IMG/VR virus record: IMGVR_UViG_3300028027_000002 | Coordinates: 47,871 to 111,870 of that record | Direction: 5' to 3' (one strand) | DNA: 64,000 nucleotides | Origin: a virus | Part shown: one piece after another, positions 62,704 to 64,000 of the stretch | Numbering within the stretch: position 1 is the stretch's first letter | Layout: every line of letters begins with the position of its first letter | Translations under genes and position numbers: made by a program | Notes under the pieces: model-generated | Databases searched by the model: none | The model's input: only the letters and a program-made list of their open reading frames with translations | What the model was told of the DNA's origin: nothing

Positions 62704-62946
62704 TTATTCTTCATCTTCAATAAAAACATACAAGGGAATTAAATCGGTGTAAGCAAATTGCACTATTTCTTTTTCACCAAATTCGTTTTCTGTTTGTATG
62801 TCATAGTTATCGCCAGTAGAATCACTCTCAATAAAAAGAATCTCAACAATGTCATCTCCCGTTTTTATCAAATCGCCTAGCATTAGTTGATCTGGTGTTA
62901 AGTTATCTGCGTGTATTAAATCCATAGCAATCATTGTATCAGACAT
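62704..62946 (-). CDS. Hypothetical acidic protein
   Basis: ORF in early array. Confidence 0.5.
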   Translation of the reverse strand: MSDTMIAMDLIHADNLTPDQLMLGDLIKTGDDIVEILFIESDSTGDNYDIQTENEFGEKEIVQFAYTDLIPLYVFIEDEE

Positions 62947-63085
62947 TAAATAAATTCCGCCAAATCTCTATCCATGATCTCATTCATTTCAAGCCCTTCG
63001 CTTTCTGCAATGGCTTCCCATAGATCGTTTTCTGTAAAGTCACCATCAGGGTGCCATTCTGCAAGAATTGAGTATAGGTTTCTCA

Positions 63086-63364
63086 TTAGTATTCCTCATC
63101 TACTGGGTCAATAAACCAAGATAAGTGGTGCTGCTCTACAATTGCTCTTGCTGGTGCGTGGCTCATTCCTTTATAGAATACGCCTTCAGGCATAGCAATA
63201 AATCGCTCATAGTCCTCATCATAGTATGCGTCAATAGCCTCGATACAAGGTTGCACCATACTTAGCGGTACTGGAGGATAGTGATTACCCTGCAAATGAT
63301 ACGCTAATTGTGTTTCCAAATCCAATACGCTATCTGCTAATCCAATTGCTGTAACACTTCCCAT
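63086..63364 (-). CDS. Hypothetical protein (HLQGNHYPPVP motif)
   Basis: GGAGG RBS. Confidence 0.6.
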   Translation of the reverse strand: MGSVTAIGLADSVLDLETQLAYHLQGNHYPPVPLSMVQPCIEAIDAYYDEDYERFIAMPEGVFYKGMSHAPARAIVEQHHLSWFIDPVDEEY

Positions 63365-63583
63365 TTACTTACCTCCTACAATTCCTGAGCGATACAAAAT
63401 CTTTGTATGCATTTTGCCACTAGGCTCTGATAAATTAACTGTACGGAATTCATTAGCAAATCCGTGGTCTGTAAATCTTTCAAAAACTTGCACGGCACTT
63501 AGTGCATCTGAGTAGCGACCAACCCAATTAGGCTTAGCCTCTCCGTCATTAGTAGTAGTAACTGAGTATAGGTATTCGTTCAT
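63365..63583 (-). CDS. Hypothetical protein
   Basis: AAGGA RBS; PSGKMHTK motif. Confidence 0.55.
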   Translation of the reverse strand: MNEYLYSVTTTNDGEAKPNWVGRYSDALSAVQVFERFTDHGFANEFRTVNLSEPSGKMHTKILYRSGIVGGK

Positions 63584-63780
63584 TATGCATTTTCCTTTTC
63601 TTTATTGTGTTCATTTATTTCATTACTAGCGTACCATACGACATAGTCGTTTTCAAGTGACACGCCTTTAGCGCACTCACAAAATTCTGAGTCATACTCG
63701 CCTGATGAGTTACCAAAAAATAGTACGCCCTCATCATAGCAATCAACGCAATCAACCAAAAATTCAATTAAGTTTCCCAT
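63583..63780 (-). CDS. Small Cys-containing protein
   Basis: CVDC...CEC. Confidence 0.5.
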   Translation of the reverse strand: MGNLIEFLVDCVDCYDEGVLFFGNSSGEYDSEFCECAKGVSLENDYVVWYASNEINEHNKEKENA

Positions 63781-63986
63781 TAGTTATCCTGTACCTTTAC
63801 TGCTAGTGTGCGACAAGTAGTTTTCCCACCATTACTAGGGCGAACCTCGACTAGATAACTTTCGCAATCTTTGTACCAAACTGCGTTAGGGTGTTTTTCT
63901 GCTGAAATAATTTCTCCCTGCAAGGTGCGTGAGAAATACATTTTTCCTACAAGTAGGTTTTCTATTGTATAGACATTTGCTGACAT
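63780..63986 (-). CDS. Hypothetical protein
   Basis: GAGG RBS upstream. Confidence 0.55.
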   Translation of the reverse strand: MSANVYTIENLLVGKMYFSRTLQGEIISAEKHPNAVWYKDCESYLVEVRPSNGGKTTCRTLAVKVQDN

Positions 63987-64000
63987 TTGCCAACCTCTTT

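Noticed and set aside
63975-63990. Eighth TGTCAG promoter motif
   Set aside because: It is the ATG TCA G start of the last ORF, with no -10 at 10-nt spacing
1-64000. Stop-codon recoding, integrase, reverse transcriptase/DGR, rRNA
   Set aside because: Genes tile densely in the standard code, there is no suppressor tRNA, and no such motifs were recognised in this window

Overview
A 64 kb fragment of a large, AT-rich tailed dsDNA phage genome; the window starts inside the tape measure gene and ends inside the early region. WhiB, many leaderless genes, RecA-NDp-type promoters and a GP88-like gene point to an actinobacterial host, probably freshwater acI-like (inference). Plus strand, 1-46.7 kb: tail module; replication/recombination module (DnaB, DnaG, SSB, DnaE, RecA, Cas4-like nuclease, RuvC-like); terminase; secreted and lysis genes; and an accessory block (three luciferase/SsuD-like monooxygenases, four 2OG-Fe(II) oxygenases, APS kinase fusion, DUF2061 x3, Hsp20, WhiB), of which the third monooxygenase and two oxygenases lie on the minus strand. 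Minus strand, 46.7-64 kb: a tRNA cluster and many short genes. The most striking signals are non-coding. (1) The 52.8-62.7 kb region is built of cassettes whose promoter blocks carry host-regulator sites: seven exact TGTCAG-N10-TAnnnT (PafBC/RecA-NDp-type) promoters, three perfect plus three near-perfect CRP/GlxR palindromes, nine perfect DnaA boxes, and a GACGTC junction motif. (2) A five-copy covarying H-type pseudoknot sits at transcript 3' ends and just before tRNAs. (3) A large secreted protein appears to start at ATT. (4) A ROSE-like thermometer precedes Hsp20. (5) There is a tRNA-Ile(UAU). All protein calls come from motif recognition by eye; no database search was run.
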